Shown here: piece by piece, positions 44,788 to 60,071 of the stretch
Layout of the letters: every line of letters begins with the position of its first letter
Numbering within the stretch: the first letter of the stretch is position 1
Assembly (NCBI GenBank): GCA_964016885.1
Contig: OZ024749.1
Coordinates: 43,214,001 to 43,278,000 of the forward strand
DNA from: Eledone cirrhosa
Taxonomy: Eukaryota
Direction: 5' to 3'
DNA: 64,000 nucleotides
Position numbers and translations under genes: made by a program
Notes under the pieces: model-generated
What the model was told of the DNA's origin: nothing
The model's database searches: none
What the model saw: only the letters and a program-made list of their open reading frames with translations

Positions 44788-44982
44788 GGTTTCTGATTTA
44801 GGCATAAGGCTAACAAATATGGGAGGAGGGGAAATTCGATTAAATCGACCCAGTGCATTACTGGTGCTTTGTTTAATCCACCCCCGTAAGGATGAAAGGC
44901 AAAGCTAACCTCAGCGGGATTTAAACTCAGATCGTAAAGGGACGTAACTATGCCATAAAGCACATTGTCTGACGCTCTTAAC
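44788..44982 (-). mobile_element. SINE family 1, older long variant
   Basis: CGATTAAATCGACCCAGTGCATTACTGG...GGATGAAAGGCAAAGCTAACCTC. Confidence 0.85.
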
Positions 44983-45812
44983 CCTTCATCATTTACATTA
45001 CTCTATATATACTATGGTATTTTTGCATAATTGTATGACATAATATCTAATATATGAGATTTTGTTGTTATTTATTTTGAGAACAATATCTTAACTTCAA
45101 TATGAGCAGCCGGTTACAGCCGGCTTGAACAGAAAATGGTGAGAGAATTCTGGCCGGCCGGATATGGCCGTTTAAATGCAAAAGAGTTGATAAAAGTTGA
45201 AAATTGACGAATAAATGATGGTGATATGAAAGTATTTATTATACAGAAGTTACTTAAATGTAATAAATGTTCGTTAATTATTCGTTCATTAACGCAGCTA
45301 CTGTCCCTAAAGTCTGATGTTTCACCTCTATACGATATCAATTTACAGTTATAAACACTCAGGCATCGATAATTAATTTAATTAGCAATTGCAGTTGCTC
45401 TCTGCTCTCTGGTCTAGCTCTTTTGTGTTGATATCACTACATTGGTGTTCACAATTTTGTTAGAGGGCGAGAAAAAAACTGAAATATGTATACAAAGGCG
45501 TAAGCTTGATTAATAGGATCTGATATCGCATTTTAATGAATGGGTAACACATATATTATAAGGAATGGTTCTACCAAGGTATCCCCATTACCATCCTCCG
45601 GGGAAACGCCTTCTCCATTCTGTCCGCCTGGGCAGTGGGCCGGCCAGCACATGGGACCCCATTTGCTCACTATACAGAGAGAGATGGGGCGGGGGGTCGT
45701 TGACGGTGGGAGTTCGGCTCTTCCGTGTTCGGAAACATTGCACCTGACCCTGTGATGAGGGTATATTGATGTTCAATTTCAGGTTTATACATAGGACTAC
45801 AGTAAAAGATAT

Positions 45813-45885
45813 ATGAACTTCCTGATATATTGTAACTATAGAAACAGACTGTCAATCACTCTGCCTTTGTTTTCGCCGAAAATAA
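45813..45885 (+). CDS. Candidate coding exon 1 of a small polyQ-containing gene
   Basis: Acceptor TTTCAG at 45782, ATG 45813, donor ATAA/GTAAGT, phase 1 compatible with 46216. Confidence 0.35.
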
Positions 45886-45989
45886 GTAAGTGACATAGTC
45901 ACTACTCTAAAGCTAATGGCGTCTTCTAAATGTTTTCAATTTTTAATTCAACATACGGTATATTGCCTAATATACTATACATACATTCA

Positions 45990-46022
<33 letters not shown>

Positions 46023-46083
46023 ACATGTATATATATGTATAAACATACATAACACACACACACATAAATATTTATATATATAA

Positions 46084-46183
<100 letters not shown>

Positions 46184-46215
46184 GTCTATATGCGTATACA
46201 TACATGCATTTTCAG

Positions 46216-46438
46216 TATTCGTAATTCATTTGGTAGGATGCGGGTATAACATACGTGATGCATATGAAAACTTTCTACACGAACAACATCAACAACAACA
46301 ACAACAACACCAACAACAACAACAACAGCATCAACACCAACAACAACAGCATCAACACCAACAACAACAGCGACATCAACAACAACCACAACAACGACAG
46401 CAAACTAGAGAACGGCAGTTAGATGGAATTCTGGAAAA
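46216..46438 (+). CDS. Candidate coding exon 2 (FVIHLVGCGYNIRDAYENFLHE-polyQ/H-TRERQLDGILE)
   Basis: TTTTCAG acceptor, AA/GTATGA donor, open frame across an interrupted CAA/CAG/CAT repeat. Confidence 0.4.
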
Positions 46439-46688
46439 GTATGAGAAAATATGCAATGAAAAGCTGCTGATTTTCGTTTCAGGCTGCAATTAAAGAAGTT
46501 TGCGAGAGTGTGAGGTTTTCTTGTATCTCCTAGAGTTGTTCATGTTTATGGCGTTGTGAAATTCGTTCAAGGCAATATGTAATTAGTATCATTGTTCGTG
46601 TGATATAAACCTTATCTATATCTGTATATATTTTTACATTATGACACGTTTATATATACATGTCTGTCTCTCTCTCTCCATATATATA

Positions 46689-46760
<72 letters not shown>

Positions 46761-46761
46761 T

Positions 46762-46898
46762 TTGAACAAGATACTTTATTTCACGTTGCCCCTTCTACCT
46801 GGAGTTGCGACCGATAGATAGTATTAGCAATTGGAAAGACCAACGGAAACATTGTTTCCTCGGTCTGATTTGACGAATATCGATCGACTGTCGATATA
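46762..46898 (+). mobile_element. SINE family 3 body, headless
   Basis: Close reverse complement of 47800-47936. Confidence 0.8.
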
Positions 46899-46920
46899 TA
46901 AATATGTCTATATATATATA

Positions 46921-46983
<63 letters not shown>

Positions 46984-47043
46984 CATATATGTACATATAT
47001 CATACATATATATTATATATATTTATACATATTATATATCTAT

Positions 47044-47136
<93 letters not shown>

Positions 47137-47799
47137 CATATTCGATTTTAATTTGGTGAAATGGAAATGAATTAGCGAATATTTACACATTTCTTTCGCT
47201 GGAGATATTTAGGCTTAAATGTCATCTAATGTCAGATTCTCTTGATTTCTAATCCTCTATCCTAGATAGACACTGTATTATGAAGGACTACATCTATACA
47301 TTGACAATAGTTATACATATTTTATGGATAAGACATTCTGAATATATGTGTATTGGAGCCTATTTTAATGCAAACGTTTCATTTAGTTTACTATGTTTAC
47401 TAATGATTTTCTAAAAATTTCCAGAAGGCTTGCAATTAAATTGGTAGCGATTATTATTTTTACATCTGAACTATATCTGTTTACATAAGATCATTAAATA
47501 AAACATCGTTTAGGTTTTAGGCTACAATTATTTAGGCGGAGGATTTCATATAGTTCTTTGGCAATAAATAGTCTCTTTTGCCGAATATTGTTTACTCCAC
47601 AAATTTTTTCAGTTTTGCCACGAATTTCTAATGGAATCGCGTAGTATCTTACTTAAACAACGGAACACGAAATTGAAGTATTTTATTGACGATATAATGT
47701 TTAGAGTGTTTGACTGAAAGGGCCCTATATCCTTAATATTCGCATGACTTTCATAAAGATTTACCTGTGAAAAGAGTACACTAAAAAGGAAAACATATA

Positions 47800-48020
47800 T
47801 ATATCGACATTCGATCGACTTTCGTCAAATCGGACCGAGGAAACAATGTTTCCATCGGTCTTTCCAATTGCTGATACTGTCTATCGGTCGCAACTCCAGG
47901 TAGAAAGTGCAACGTGAAATAAAGTATCTTGTTCAAGGATATAAAGCATATCCTTGGATATTCGAACTCACAACCTCACGATTTCGAATCCAATTCTCTA
48001 ACCACTCAGCCACGCGCCTT
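47800..48020 (-). mobile_element. tRNA-derived SINE family 3
   Basis: Minus strand head GGCGCGTGGCTGAGTGGTTAG...GAGTTCGAATATCC then CTTGAACAAGATACTTTATTTCACGTTGC. Confidence 0.85.
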
Positions 48021-48031
48021 CTCTTTCAATT

Positions 48032-48068
<37 letters not shown>

Positions 48069-48096
48069 GTATATATATATATGTATATATATATAT

Positions 48097-48434
<338 letters not shown>

Positions 48435-49249
48435 TTAGTCTTTGATTTTCTATACTATTAGATTAGATACACTTGTTTCAACCCGTCAAACAATAATCAT
48501 GTTGTTTTCAAGAACAAAATACCAATAGCGCAGCTTTTTTTGTAACACCTGCCGCTATTCACCACTACATTTAAACTGCTTTCTTATACGCGAAAAATAA
48601 TGATTATTAAATATTTACAAGATTCGATCCTTACGGAATGTTTTCTATAGAAAATATTTTCTGGGATGAATATTCCTCTTGAAAGATTTGCAATAAATTA
48701 TGAAAAATGCATTCCGAAAGCAACGTATTTTTTGTTTAATATAACTTTTTTTTTACATATTTGATTAACTATTTATACATTTATATTGGATCGTCTTATT
48801 TATTATGCTTCTAGATTCATATAAATATTTATTTATATATTAACATATACATTTATTAATATGTTTATTTATACACAGTTATTCATACAAGTTTATTTAT
48901 ACACATACATACGCATATATGCATGTGTGTTTATATATATATATTTATGTGTTCATATAGATATTTATTTATATATTAACATATACATTTATTAACACGT
49001 TTATTTATACACACACACATACGTATATGTGTATGTGTGTTTATCTATGTATTTATGTATGTGCGTTTATGTATTTATGTGCTTATGTATTTATGTATTC
49101 ATATATATATATCTATTTATATACACGTATTATATTTCATGTTTCAGAATATATATATAGTTTATTTGTTACATATTTGGATATATATATTTTCCGATTC
49201 TCCTTTTTTCTCTTGTCAAATAATATATATCATTGTTCTTATATCATGA

Positions 49250-49301
49250 CGACCGCCACCATTACTACTACTACCACTACTGCTACTACTACTACTACTA
49301 T

Positions 49302-49352
<51 letters not shown>

Positions 49353-49465
49353 CACCACTACTACTAAAACAATCACAACCACCATCACAACTACTACTAC
49401 CACCACCGCCACCACCACTACTACTACCACCACCACCAGTACTATTACAACAACCACAACCACCA

Positions 49466-49513
<48 letters not shown>

Positions 49514-49595
49514 TCACCACTACTACTACCACCACCACCACTACTATTACCACAACCAAACCACAACTACTACTAATACTACTACTACCACTACT
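49250..49595. repeat. (ACT)n/(ACC)n tract
   Basis: Direct reading. Confidence 0.95.
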
Positions 49596-49769
49596 TATCG
49601 TGTATGTTTTATGTACTACATGCTGCAAAATTACGTGTTTTATACCATCTCATTGTTAAGGGTTTATAAGATCTTTGTCTCTAACTGAAGTTTGTTTTGT
49701 TGTTTGATTTATTCTCAATTGACTCCAGGACGTCATATATATATATATATACATCGGGTGATTTCTATC

Positions 49770-49859
<90 letters not shown>

Positions 49860-49931
49860 CATCGGGTGATTTCTATCTTTAATATATATTTGATTCATCT
49901 CCTTGTGATAGTTAACATCACCATATTTCAG

Positions 49932-50019
49932 TGTGAGGTGGGAAAGAAGACACAAATGTACCTTTTATCAATTGAAACCTTTTCTACAACAGCCAACAAT
50001 CATTAGAATATTAACATGA
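49932..50019 (+). CDS. Candidate last coding exon (VRWERRHKCTFYQLKPFLQQPTIIRILT*)
   Basis: ATTTCAG acceptor at 49931; phase 2 compatible with donor at 46438. Confidence 0.25.
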
Positions 50020-50346
50020 ACGTGGAAGAAAAAGACCAAAAAAAAGAAAAAATTCAGGAATTCCATTTGCATGGACAATATGGAGAATACTAAGAACAAA
50101 GTCTTTAATTCTATGGTAGACCCTTGTGATTACAAATACTTCAGCAACAGTGACAACGTTAGCTGTGGTAATACCAGCAGATGTAACTATAGTAATAAAT
50201 AGAGTGTTTGTGATAGAAAGAAAAAAATGATATTCACACGAGCTCTTTGTGCACGCATTGGCTTTGCGCTCAATATTATGGCTAAGAATGGAATGCATAC
50301 AATTATGCATCAGAAATACGAAAGGAATTTGATTTCCAAAACAAAT

Positions 50347-50535
50347 AATTGTTTCTACTTCTGGCACAAGGCCAGCAATTAACCAGTGTATTACTGGTAC
50401 TTTATTTTATCGACCCCGTAAGGATGAAAGACAAAGTTAACCCCGGCAGGATTTGAACTCAGAATGGAAAGGGCCGTAACTCTTTGCGTCAAAGCATAGT
50501 ATCCGACCCTCTACCGATACTGCCAATCCACCTCC
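50347..50535 (-). mobile_element. SINE family 1, full length
   Basis: Consensus match; TSD CCAAAACAAATAAT at 50336 and 50536. Confidence 0.92.
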
Positions 50536-50742
50536 CAAAACAAATAATACAAGTTGAAATATCAAAAACAAACGAAGGGAAACTCAATTTTCGTTATATA
50601 CTAGATCACCAGTGACCCGTGGGGTCAAGTTCACTTCAAAATATTTTTCAAAAATCATGTTCATAAAATAATTTTTAAATAATAAAAATATACACAGACA
50701 TGTATAAAATGTGAAATGAAACTGGAAGGCCCATATATAGAC

Positions 50743-50840
<98 letters not shown>

Positions 50841-50878
50841 GTGTGTGGGTTTCTGTGATCTATATGCACTGGTCATAG

Positions 50879-50909
<31 letters not shown>

Positions 50910-50944
50910 CACACATACTCATATATATATATATATATACACAA

Positions 50945-51490
50945 CAACACCATCAGTTCTCTTCCTGAATATGTGGCACCACAACTAGATGACCTTCAAC
51001 CAACTATCCCTTTTCAACAAGATGATGCATCACGACATTGGGGACTGCACGTTCGTGGGTTCCTAAATCAAATAGTTCCAGACCGGTGGATTGGAAGGAA
51101 TGGCTCAATTCCCTGGCCACCTCGTTCACCAGATATCACTCCACAGGACTTCTTTCTATGGGGTTATGTTAAAGATATAGTATATCGAACAAAGATACGG
51201 GACATCACTTATCTAAAGCAAAAGATCACTGATGCTATTGGAACCATTGATGAGGCTATGCTACAGCAAACATGGCAGTAAATCAAGTACGTCATGATGT
51301 GCTTCGTACAACTAACGGTGCCCATATATATAAAAAAACTTCAATAAAAAAAAACTTCAATAAAAAAAACTTCAATAAAAAAAAACTTCAATATTTGCTC
51401 CTCATTTTGTAACAATTTCCACATATTTGTCTGTTTATTTGCTTTTGTAATATTTTTTTTAAATTGTAAAGACTCTTTATGAACACCCTG
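50945..51490 (+). mobile_element. Tc1/mariner transposase remnant, DD41D (rosa-type), with right TIR
   Basis: FQQD...WIGR...WPPRSPDITPQDFFLWGYVK with 41 residues between the last two catalytic Asp; premature stop at 51281; end CTTTATGAACACCCTG-TA. Confidence 0.9.
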
Positions 51491-51600
51491 TATATATATT
51501 GGGTACTTACGTCTACCTGAATATTCTGAGTTTCAAACTTTGCGATGTCAATGATATATACTCTTCTGGAAGAAATTAAAAAATTAAAAAATAATAATAA

Positions 51601-51660
51601 TAATTGTTTCTACTTTTGGCACAAGGCCAGCAATTAACCCAGTGTATTACTGGTACTTTA
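51601..51660 (-). mobile_element. SINE family 1, 3' fragment
   Basis: Consensus 3' end flanked by AAAAATAATAATAAT repeats. Confidence 0.85.
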
Positions 51661-51998
51661 AAAAATAATAATAATAATACCAAGCCGTTACTTATATACA
51701 CCGAAGATCTTCTAAATCGACAATACTTATTCTGCAGAAATGTATTTTATTGTGACAAAGTTCGAAATCAATATAATTCACGGTGCTCAAATGTTCACTG
51801 ATATTATTAGTATTACTACTACTAGTACTACTACTACTACTAATATCATCATCACCATCATCACATCAATATTTCACATTAAGATATAAAATTTAGGTCA
51901 GCGAATAAGAGAAAGTATTATTTTCCATTAAGTTAACAAACACATGTACTTATTTTCGAGTACAGACAAAATGTATTACATTTTATACACACACACAC

Positions 51999-52077
<79 letters not shown>

Positions 52078-52165
52078 GTCATATATATAGACATATAAAT
52101 ATACATATATGTATATAGACATATATATAGACATATATATACACACCTATAAACATACACACACA

Positions 52166-52213
<48 letters not shown>

Positions 52214-52421
52214 CACATATATATTTACACATATATATATACATATATATATATGAAAGGTGTGTTAATGCATTTGTTTGTAATAATAGATGTATATATG
52301 TATGCATATATGGATATATATATATATATGTAAATGTCTGTGTATGTACATATATACATACATGCATGCATTCACACATACATACACATTTGTGTGTGCG
52401 TACGTTTATGTACTTAATCAG

Positions 52422-52482
<61 letters not shown>

Positions 52483-52511
52483 GACATATATATATATATA
52501 TTATATATATA

Positions 52512-52584
<73 letters not shown>

Positions 52585-52882
52585 AATATATGTATGTATA
52601 CATAAAATGCGATGTATGGATTATTATACCACTTGTATTTTAAGTCTATATGAACACACATTTCTATAAGAAAACTGAAGAATATTCCCGCTAACTCTTT
52701 CCAGAAGCATTACGTTAGATTTAATCTTCTTATCTAACTATCGATTGGTTAATATTTATATTGTTACTCTATATTTTATACGTACCGGCCAATCTAATTA
52801 TATACAACACACACAAAATATGTTTTACATACATACAGACGTACGCGGATACACTTCAAATACACATATATAATACACACAG

Positions 52883-53061
<179 letters not shown>

Positions 53062-53783
53062 TACATTCGTATATAAAATATATATATTTTGCCTACATAC
53101 ATATATATATACATACATGCATATGTATATATATACATATACATCTGTCTCTCTCTTTCTCTCTCTATATATATATACCCACCCCCCAGGCACACACATT
53201 AACACACATACACACACATAGACACACACACACGCACAAACACACATATATATATATAAATATTCATACATTCACTCACATATACACATATAGAAGGAGG
53301 GTGTATGGGATATAGGAGAGTGGTGGTGAGAGTGATAGCCAGAAGTAAGGTAGACAATAACTAACGATTCCTAATTCTATGAAATATCACGGTCTTTTCT
53401 GTTTAGTAGTGATTTCGGAACGCTTGCTCAACAAAACTTGTTTCTATTGAAATTAACTGAAATTTCAATAGAAACACTGACATGCTTCTGTCTAACAATA
53501 CATGACTGGAAGCCAAAGTCTTGTCTACCGGATTTCAGGAATATTTTAACAATTCAAAATGTTTCATTGCGTCGTTTACCTAGCATATTATTTAAACATA
53601 TTATAACATTACATAGTTGGGTTGTTGTTGTTTCTTAATATAAATATATATATGGAATGGAAGCATAATTTAGAATGGAGTCGTGAGGAATGTCTTCTCC
53701 GACGATATTTAAAACTTGATCAGTACCGATTTCTTATATATATATATATATATATAGAAAGAGAGCGAGAGATAGACATAGAC

Positions 53784-53856
<73 letters not shown>

Positions 53857-54039
53857 TGGATAGGTAGATATGTATATATATATATAAATATATATGTTCG
53901 AGAATATATATATTACATTCAAAGTTATGAATTTCATGATTGAGACAATCTCTAACGTGTGTCCTGTCTCCCAAAATCAGCTCATAGAAAGAATTCAAAG
54001 AATAAATCTGAGCATTTAATCATTATAAAATAGTGAATG

Positions 54040-54156
<117 letters not shown>

Positions 54157-54412
54157 ATGTATAATAAGACACATCGAATTTTAACAAGAGACAATATGTA
54201 TAGAATGTAAGAATAGAGGGTGATAACTCTATGCTGCAGAGCATGGTTGTCTGACGCAGCACTGGTACTGCCAAAAAACTTTATATCGAGAGGAATGCAT
54301 AGTTATGTTAGTGAAAATCGCGAAGATAACGGTAATCATTAATCTTTACAAAAACTAAAAAAGAATTTCTGTGTTGAATATTGGGATTGCTGCAGAAATA
54401 GAGTTAAATAAG

Positions 54413-54532
54413 TAATTGTTTCTACTTTAGGCACAAGGCCAGCAATTAACCAGTGCATTACTGGTACTTTATTTTATCGACACCGTAAGGATAAAAGGCA
54501 AAGTTAACCTTGGCGGGATTTGAACTCAGAAT
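54413..54532 (-). mobile_element. SINE family 1, 5'-truncated
   Basis: Consensus match. Confidence 0.9.
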
Positions 54533-54548
54533 GATGCAAGAATAGAGA

Positions 54549-54714
54549 ATGTTTCTATATAATATGTTTCTATATAATATGTTTCTATATAATATGTTTC
54601 TATATAATATGTTTCTATATAATATGTTTCTATATAATATGTTTCTATATAATATGTTTCTATATAATATGTTTCTATATAATATGTTTCTATATAATGT
54701 TTCTATATAATATG
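54549..54714. repeat. 15-bp minisatellite ATGTTTCTATATAAT
   Basis: About 11 nearly perfect units. Confidence 0.95.
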
Positions 54715-54819
54715 AATGTCTTTAACAACTTTTAATCCCTAACTCATGAATTTTATTTATCCCCAGATCATCTCTTGGAATCTTATAACTGATGCACTAA
54801 CATGTTTTTATCAATATTT

Positions 54820-54939
54820 CACAGTTTAATGGGCATACTGCGCATGTCACTGCATGGGACAAGGAAATAGAATATCACAGTTTAATGGGCATACTGCGCA
54901 TGTCACTGCATGGGACAAGGAAATAGAATATCCCAGTTT
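54820..54939. repeat. 56-bp tandem duplication
   Basis: CACAGTTTAATGGGCATACTGCGCATGTCACTGCATGGGACAAGGAAATAGAATAT twice. Confidence 0.93.
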
Positions 54940-55167
54940 GACGTCTGTTTACATTCATTTATAGTTGAAAGAAGAAAAAGAACTGTAGTCAAATTGGATC
55001 ACCTGGTGTCAACAAGAATGGGATGCTGACTCCATGGAAATACTACATATGTGTTTCCATTCACCGATTGCTTTAAAGCAGAGACGGAGGAGATAGTGTT
55101 AAGTGTGACCCAGGGCGTGGTAAACATCGATATGAAATATACTGCTGTTTGGATTGTAATGGTACTC

Positions 55168-55621
55168 ATGTTGATGATGATGATGGTGGTGGTGTTGACG
55201 ACGATGGTGATGACGATGATGATGGTGATGGTGTTGACGACGATGGTGATGACGATGATGATGGTGATGGTGATGATGTTGGTGAGGATGATGACGACGA
55301 TGGTGATGATATTATGTTGACGATAATGACGGTGATCATGATCATGATCATGATGATGTTGACGACGATGATGGTGGTGGTGGTGGTGATGGTGATGATG
55401 ATGATGATGATGTCGACTGCGATGGTGATGATGACGATGATGATGTTGATGATGGTGGTGATGCTGGTGGTGATGATGATGATAATGATGATGATGATGT
55501 CGACTACAATGGTGATGATGACGATGATGATGTTGACGACGATGATGATGGTGGTGGTGATGCTGGTGGTGATGATGATGATAATGATGATAATGATGTC
55601 GACTACGATGGTGATGATGAC

Positions 55622-55655
<34 letters not shown>

Positions 55656-55721
55656 GTGATGATGATGTTGATGTGATGAAGACGGTGACGATGTTGACGA
55701 CGGTGATGATGATGATGATGT

Positions 55722-55759
<38 letters not shown>

Positions 55760-55808
55760 TTGATGATGATGATGATGATGATGATGATGCAGCTGATGAT
55801 GAAGATGA
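55168..55808. repeat. (GAT)n-derived degenerate tract
   Basis: Direct reading. Confidence 0.95.
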
Positions 55809-55894
55809 GAATAAATATAAAAATGATAAGCTGAAAGGTGGTAAAAAAAAAAATCATGTGTGTGTATTTTTCTCAGTGAGTAGGAACCCTATAA

Positions 55895-56180
55895 TTTCTG
55901 ATGATAAGGGTTCCAACCCTTCCTATAACTGAAAGGCTTGCTCTTGGAAATAACGTGCATTTGTTTGAATATTTCATAGATATGTGATTACTGAAAGTAG
56001 TTCTCAGGGAGATTCAGCGTGTGACAATATGTACCAGAGCAAACCCTTTGAATTGCAGATTCAACTCATTTTTATCAGCAGAGTAGACTGCATCAAAGTA
56101 AGATATGGTATTTTGTTAGGATGCAACGAGCTGTCGCAAATCAAAGTACGTCTGATACACTGTTCTAAAGAAACTGCAGC
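55895..56180 (-). mobile_element. SINE family 2, diverged
   Basis: GATAAGGGTTCC...GTAGTTCTCAGGGAGATTCAGCGTG...CAACTCATTTTT; resembles an abundant octopus SINE (from memory) and the copy at 25312. Confidence 0.7.
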
Positions 56181-56924
56181 ATAACTGTTATTAAAGGAAA
56201 ATACCAAGTTATAGGTTCAATTCTCAGTTGTGTCTTCGACTTTTCCGCTCACGCATGATTAATCTTTGTATTAGCACGATTTCTTTTTGTTAAAAAAATA
56301 CAATCACGTAAAGGAAAATATAATTACCAGGAAACAAAAGAACAATCGATATTTAAACAAAGATACCAAAAAATAAAACACACACACACACATAAGAATA
56401 AAATAGAATACTAAAAAATATATTGAATCGTTCATAAATATTGATTTTTGTTGAATATTAACAATTTTATTAATGTGTTTCCTACAAGAAAAATATGTAC
56501 ATAATAAAAGAATAAACTTTGGATTTTAATCAGAATTTAATCTGTATGAGACTCTTAAACACGAACTTTTTATTAAGAAAGAAACCATAACATTTTAGAA
56601 AAATTGACTTCATTTCTATCAAGGGATAATTTCTCTCTGCATGTTTGGATGAGATAACAGTTAACAGAATTTTATTATTGATGTATTTATTTATTTACTT
56701 ATTTATACATTTAAAAAATTTATTTAATATAGTATCTTTTCTTCTTTATTTTTTCTTAATCTTTGAATTCAACTTTCTCTTTTTTTTTAGGCAAAAATTC
56801 TCATCGTAATTTTTTTATAATTTTCCCCACAAAATTCGTAAATTCCTGTTTGCCTGTCTGTATGAATGTACGTGTGGATATTTGAGAAACACACACACAC
56901 AAACTATATATATATATATCTATC

Positions 56925-57757
56925 TAGGGCGGGTAAAATTCCCGAGATCCATGGACGAGTTCTCTCCAGCAGTCTCTGTCCCTCATTATCGCTGCCATGT
57001 CCTGCGTCTCCAATAGACCTTAGGGCATCAACATACGTTAACCTTGGTCTTCCTCTTCCAGTGTGTCCATGTAGAGGCTCCCACAGGAGAACTGAGTGCA
57101 GTGTCAACTCTGGATGTCGGTGAGCATGTCCAGCTAACCTCAGTCTTCTCTGTGTCACTTTTCAGCTGACTTCTGGGAGGCTCCCGTACAGCTCTGAATT
57201 CTTCATCCTCGGTGTATACTGATTAATGTTCAGAGCCATCCTCAGCATTCTCGTGTAGCACCCATCCACCATCTGAGTGAGTTGCTTTATCAGTCTCCAA
57301 GTCTCAGACCTGTACAGCAGCACAGACTCCACTACAGCAATGAAGAGGCGGATCTTCAAGTCTTCACGAAGGTCCGACTTCCACACCGATCTCAAGCTGT
57401 GGCACGCCGCCCAGGCTTTGCTCTTCTTCTCAACCACATCATCTTCCGTATTCCCAATCTTTGCTCCCAAATACAGGAAGTCCTCAAATAATTCCAGTGG
57501 CTTCCAGCCGAAATTAGTAATTCCCTCTGGCTTCTCAACATTCTCAGCCCCACACTCATCGACGCAGTCTCAACTTCCTGCATCAAATCCTCTGCCTCCT
57601 TCACAGTATTTGTCACCAAAACTATGTAGTCGGCAAATTCAGCATCCGATATCTTTTTCGCCTTAACTCTCCTGCTCTGAGCCGGTGTTACGGTAAAGCC
57701 AGAGTCCTGGTGTTCCTCCAGTGCAAGGCGCATACAATAGTCCACTACGATGATAAA
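56925..57757 (-). mobile_element. 5'-truncated RTE-clade LINE remnant (RT C-terminal half)
   Basis: FIIVVDY...EFADYIVL (FADD motif decayed), YLG, KIRLFIAVVESVLLY.SETW, RRLRLAGH, RGRPRLTYVD; frameshift and stop present. Confidence 0.9.
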
Positions 57758-57989
57758 TATATATATATATATATATAAATGTAATCTGAGTTTTTCGAAT
57801 ATTAATAATAATATTCGATTCGTTTGCAATTATTTTTTTTTATTTATTATTATTTTTATTTTTTTTATATATATACATTTAGGTTTGTTGGTTCACCACT
57901 GGATAGAACTGGTCATTCCGTATAGTCAACCGTGTGGTCCGAGTAGTGAGGTAGACTTAATTACTGCAGCTAATATCAGACTGAGGGGC

Positions 57990-58136
<147 letters not shown>

Positions 58137-59585
58137 TATTCTAGCTTGATCATGTGAATCCACAGGTGAAATTCCAGAGTAAATAATTACTTCATAATAA
58201 ATAATATTATTAATCTCTAATTCAGTATTGAGAATGTTTCCCCATTCATCTCTCTCTCTCTATATATATATATATATAATATATATGTGTGTATGTGTAT
58301 AAATATATATATATATATATAGTAGTATAATTAATGTAAAGTTTTCTTAGATGTGTAATAAATGTGTGATAAGCCCTTCAGAAAGCCGGAACAATACAGT
58401 AGAAATATATAAAGGGCAACAATTGACAAATATAACAAAACAAAGTAACATTTTTTTATCAAGTATATTTCAACATAATATTCCAGGGTCCAACCCTCTT
58501 TTCAAATGCAAAACAAAACCGAACGCTGTGTCCATCTCAAACACTCCTCCATAAAGTAAATAATATCAAATGTCATATTGTTCATATTATTTTAAAGAAA
58601 CAAATAGTTAACACACACGTATATATTTTCACAAAAATCATATGTAAATATTTGCATTTCAAAATAACCTTAATATTTCATTAACATTTCCCTATACAGC
58701 TTAAAATATGCTGCTTTTCCTATATCTTCTTACAAACCAGCTATATCTTCTTTGCTTTTTCCTTCAGCACATGCGTCTCTCCACATTTCATTTTTTATGC
58801 GCTACGTTGTTAGCATAACAACTTATTAAATGTGACAAATATTATATAATGACAATACACCGATATTTTCTTATTTTATATTCATACTCACTTATAATTT
58901 GCGGCCACCCTAAAAGAATTATAATAAACCCTCTAATACCTCATTATTGAACATTTTCATAATATTTCTTAGAATTATAAGTTTATAATTATATTAGAGC
59001 ATAACGTATATTTTTACATTTGCAAGCTTTGTTTTAGGTTTCTAAAATAACACACCTTTAGTTCCTCTCTATCTCCTGTCATATTAATGGTTTTCTTTGT
59101 GCAGAAACATTAATGTCAATATCAATATAATTATATTAATATTCAATACTTTAATCATTTCCTTTACTGCAAATTATAATGTGTTTGCAATAAAATACTT
59201 CCTCGGTTACTAATATTTTAAAAATAATAAAATCCGACATTTTATATCATATTTATTAGCCATAAAAAACATTTTACTAAGTCTATATATACCTGTTTTA
59301 CACGCTACACAATTACTGATATTTCCTATTATTTGTCTTAAAATATGAATATGTTATTACGTATGCATATATGTAACAATTAAATAACATTACAACGCCA
59401 TGTAACTCACCACATACTGTTTTCTTAACACAGGCACGCACAGACAGAGGCACATACACACGGACGCAAAGATGGAGGTGAATATGTCTGTGTTATTATA
59501 CCAGTGTTTGTAAATATATGTTACGATATCCTTAAATTGTGTTATTTGATTCTGAATCAACGAAAGTAGCTTTCATTATATAATT

Positions 59586-59769
59586 GGGGTGAATTGGCAG
59601 TATCGGTGGAGGGTCGGACATGCTTTCCAGCATAGTTACGTCCCTTTGCGGTCTGAGTTCAAATCCCGCCGAGGTTAACTTTGCCTTTCATCCTTACGGG
59701 GTCGATAAAATAAAGTACCAGTAATGTACTGGTGGAATGCTGGCCTTGTGCCGAAAATAGAAACAATTA
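59586..59769 (+). mobile_element. SINE family 1, full length
   Basis: Consensus match; TSD ATTATATAAT. Confidence 0.92.
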
Positions 59770-59823
59770 TATAATATTGACCTATGCAATTAGCATGCTA
59801 TCAATTACCTACTTAACAATAGT

Positions 59824-59871
<48 letters not shown>

Positions 59872-59876
59872 ATATA

Positions 59877-60010
<134 letters not shown>

Positions 60011-60071
60011 CACATATATATATATATATATATATTGCGCTTAATGTTACCCACGTTCACCAATTAAATAA

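Noticed and set aside
47950-48020. tRNA gene
   Set aside because: tRNA-like head continues into a SINE body; no complete cloverleaf
55883-55914. CTGATGA inside a small hairpin
   Set aside because: No correctly placed stem II and GAAA; lies at the end of a SINE family 2 copy
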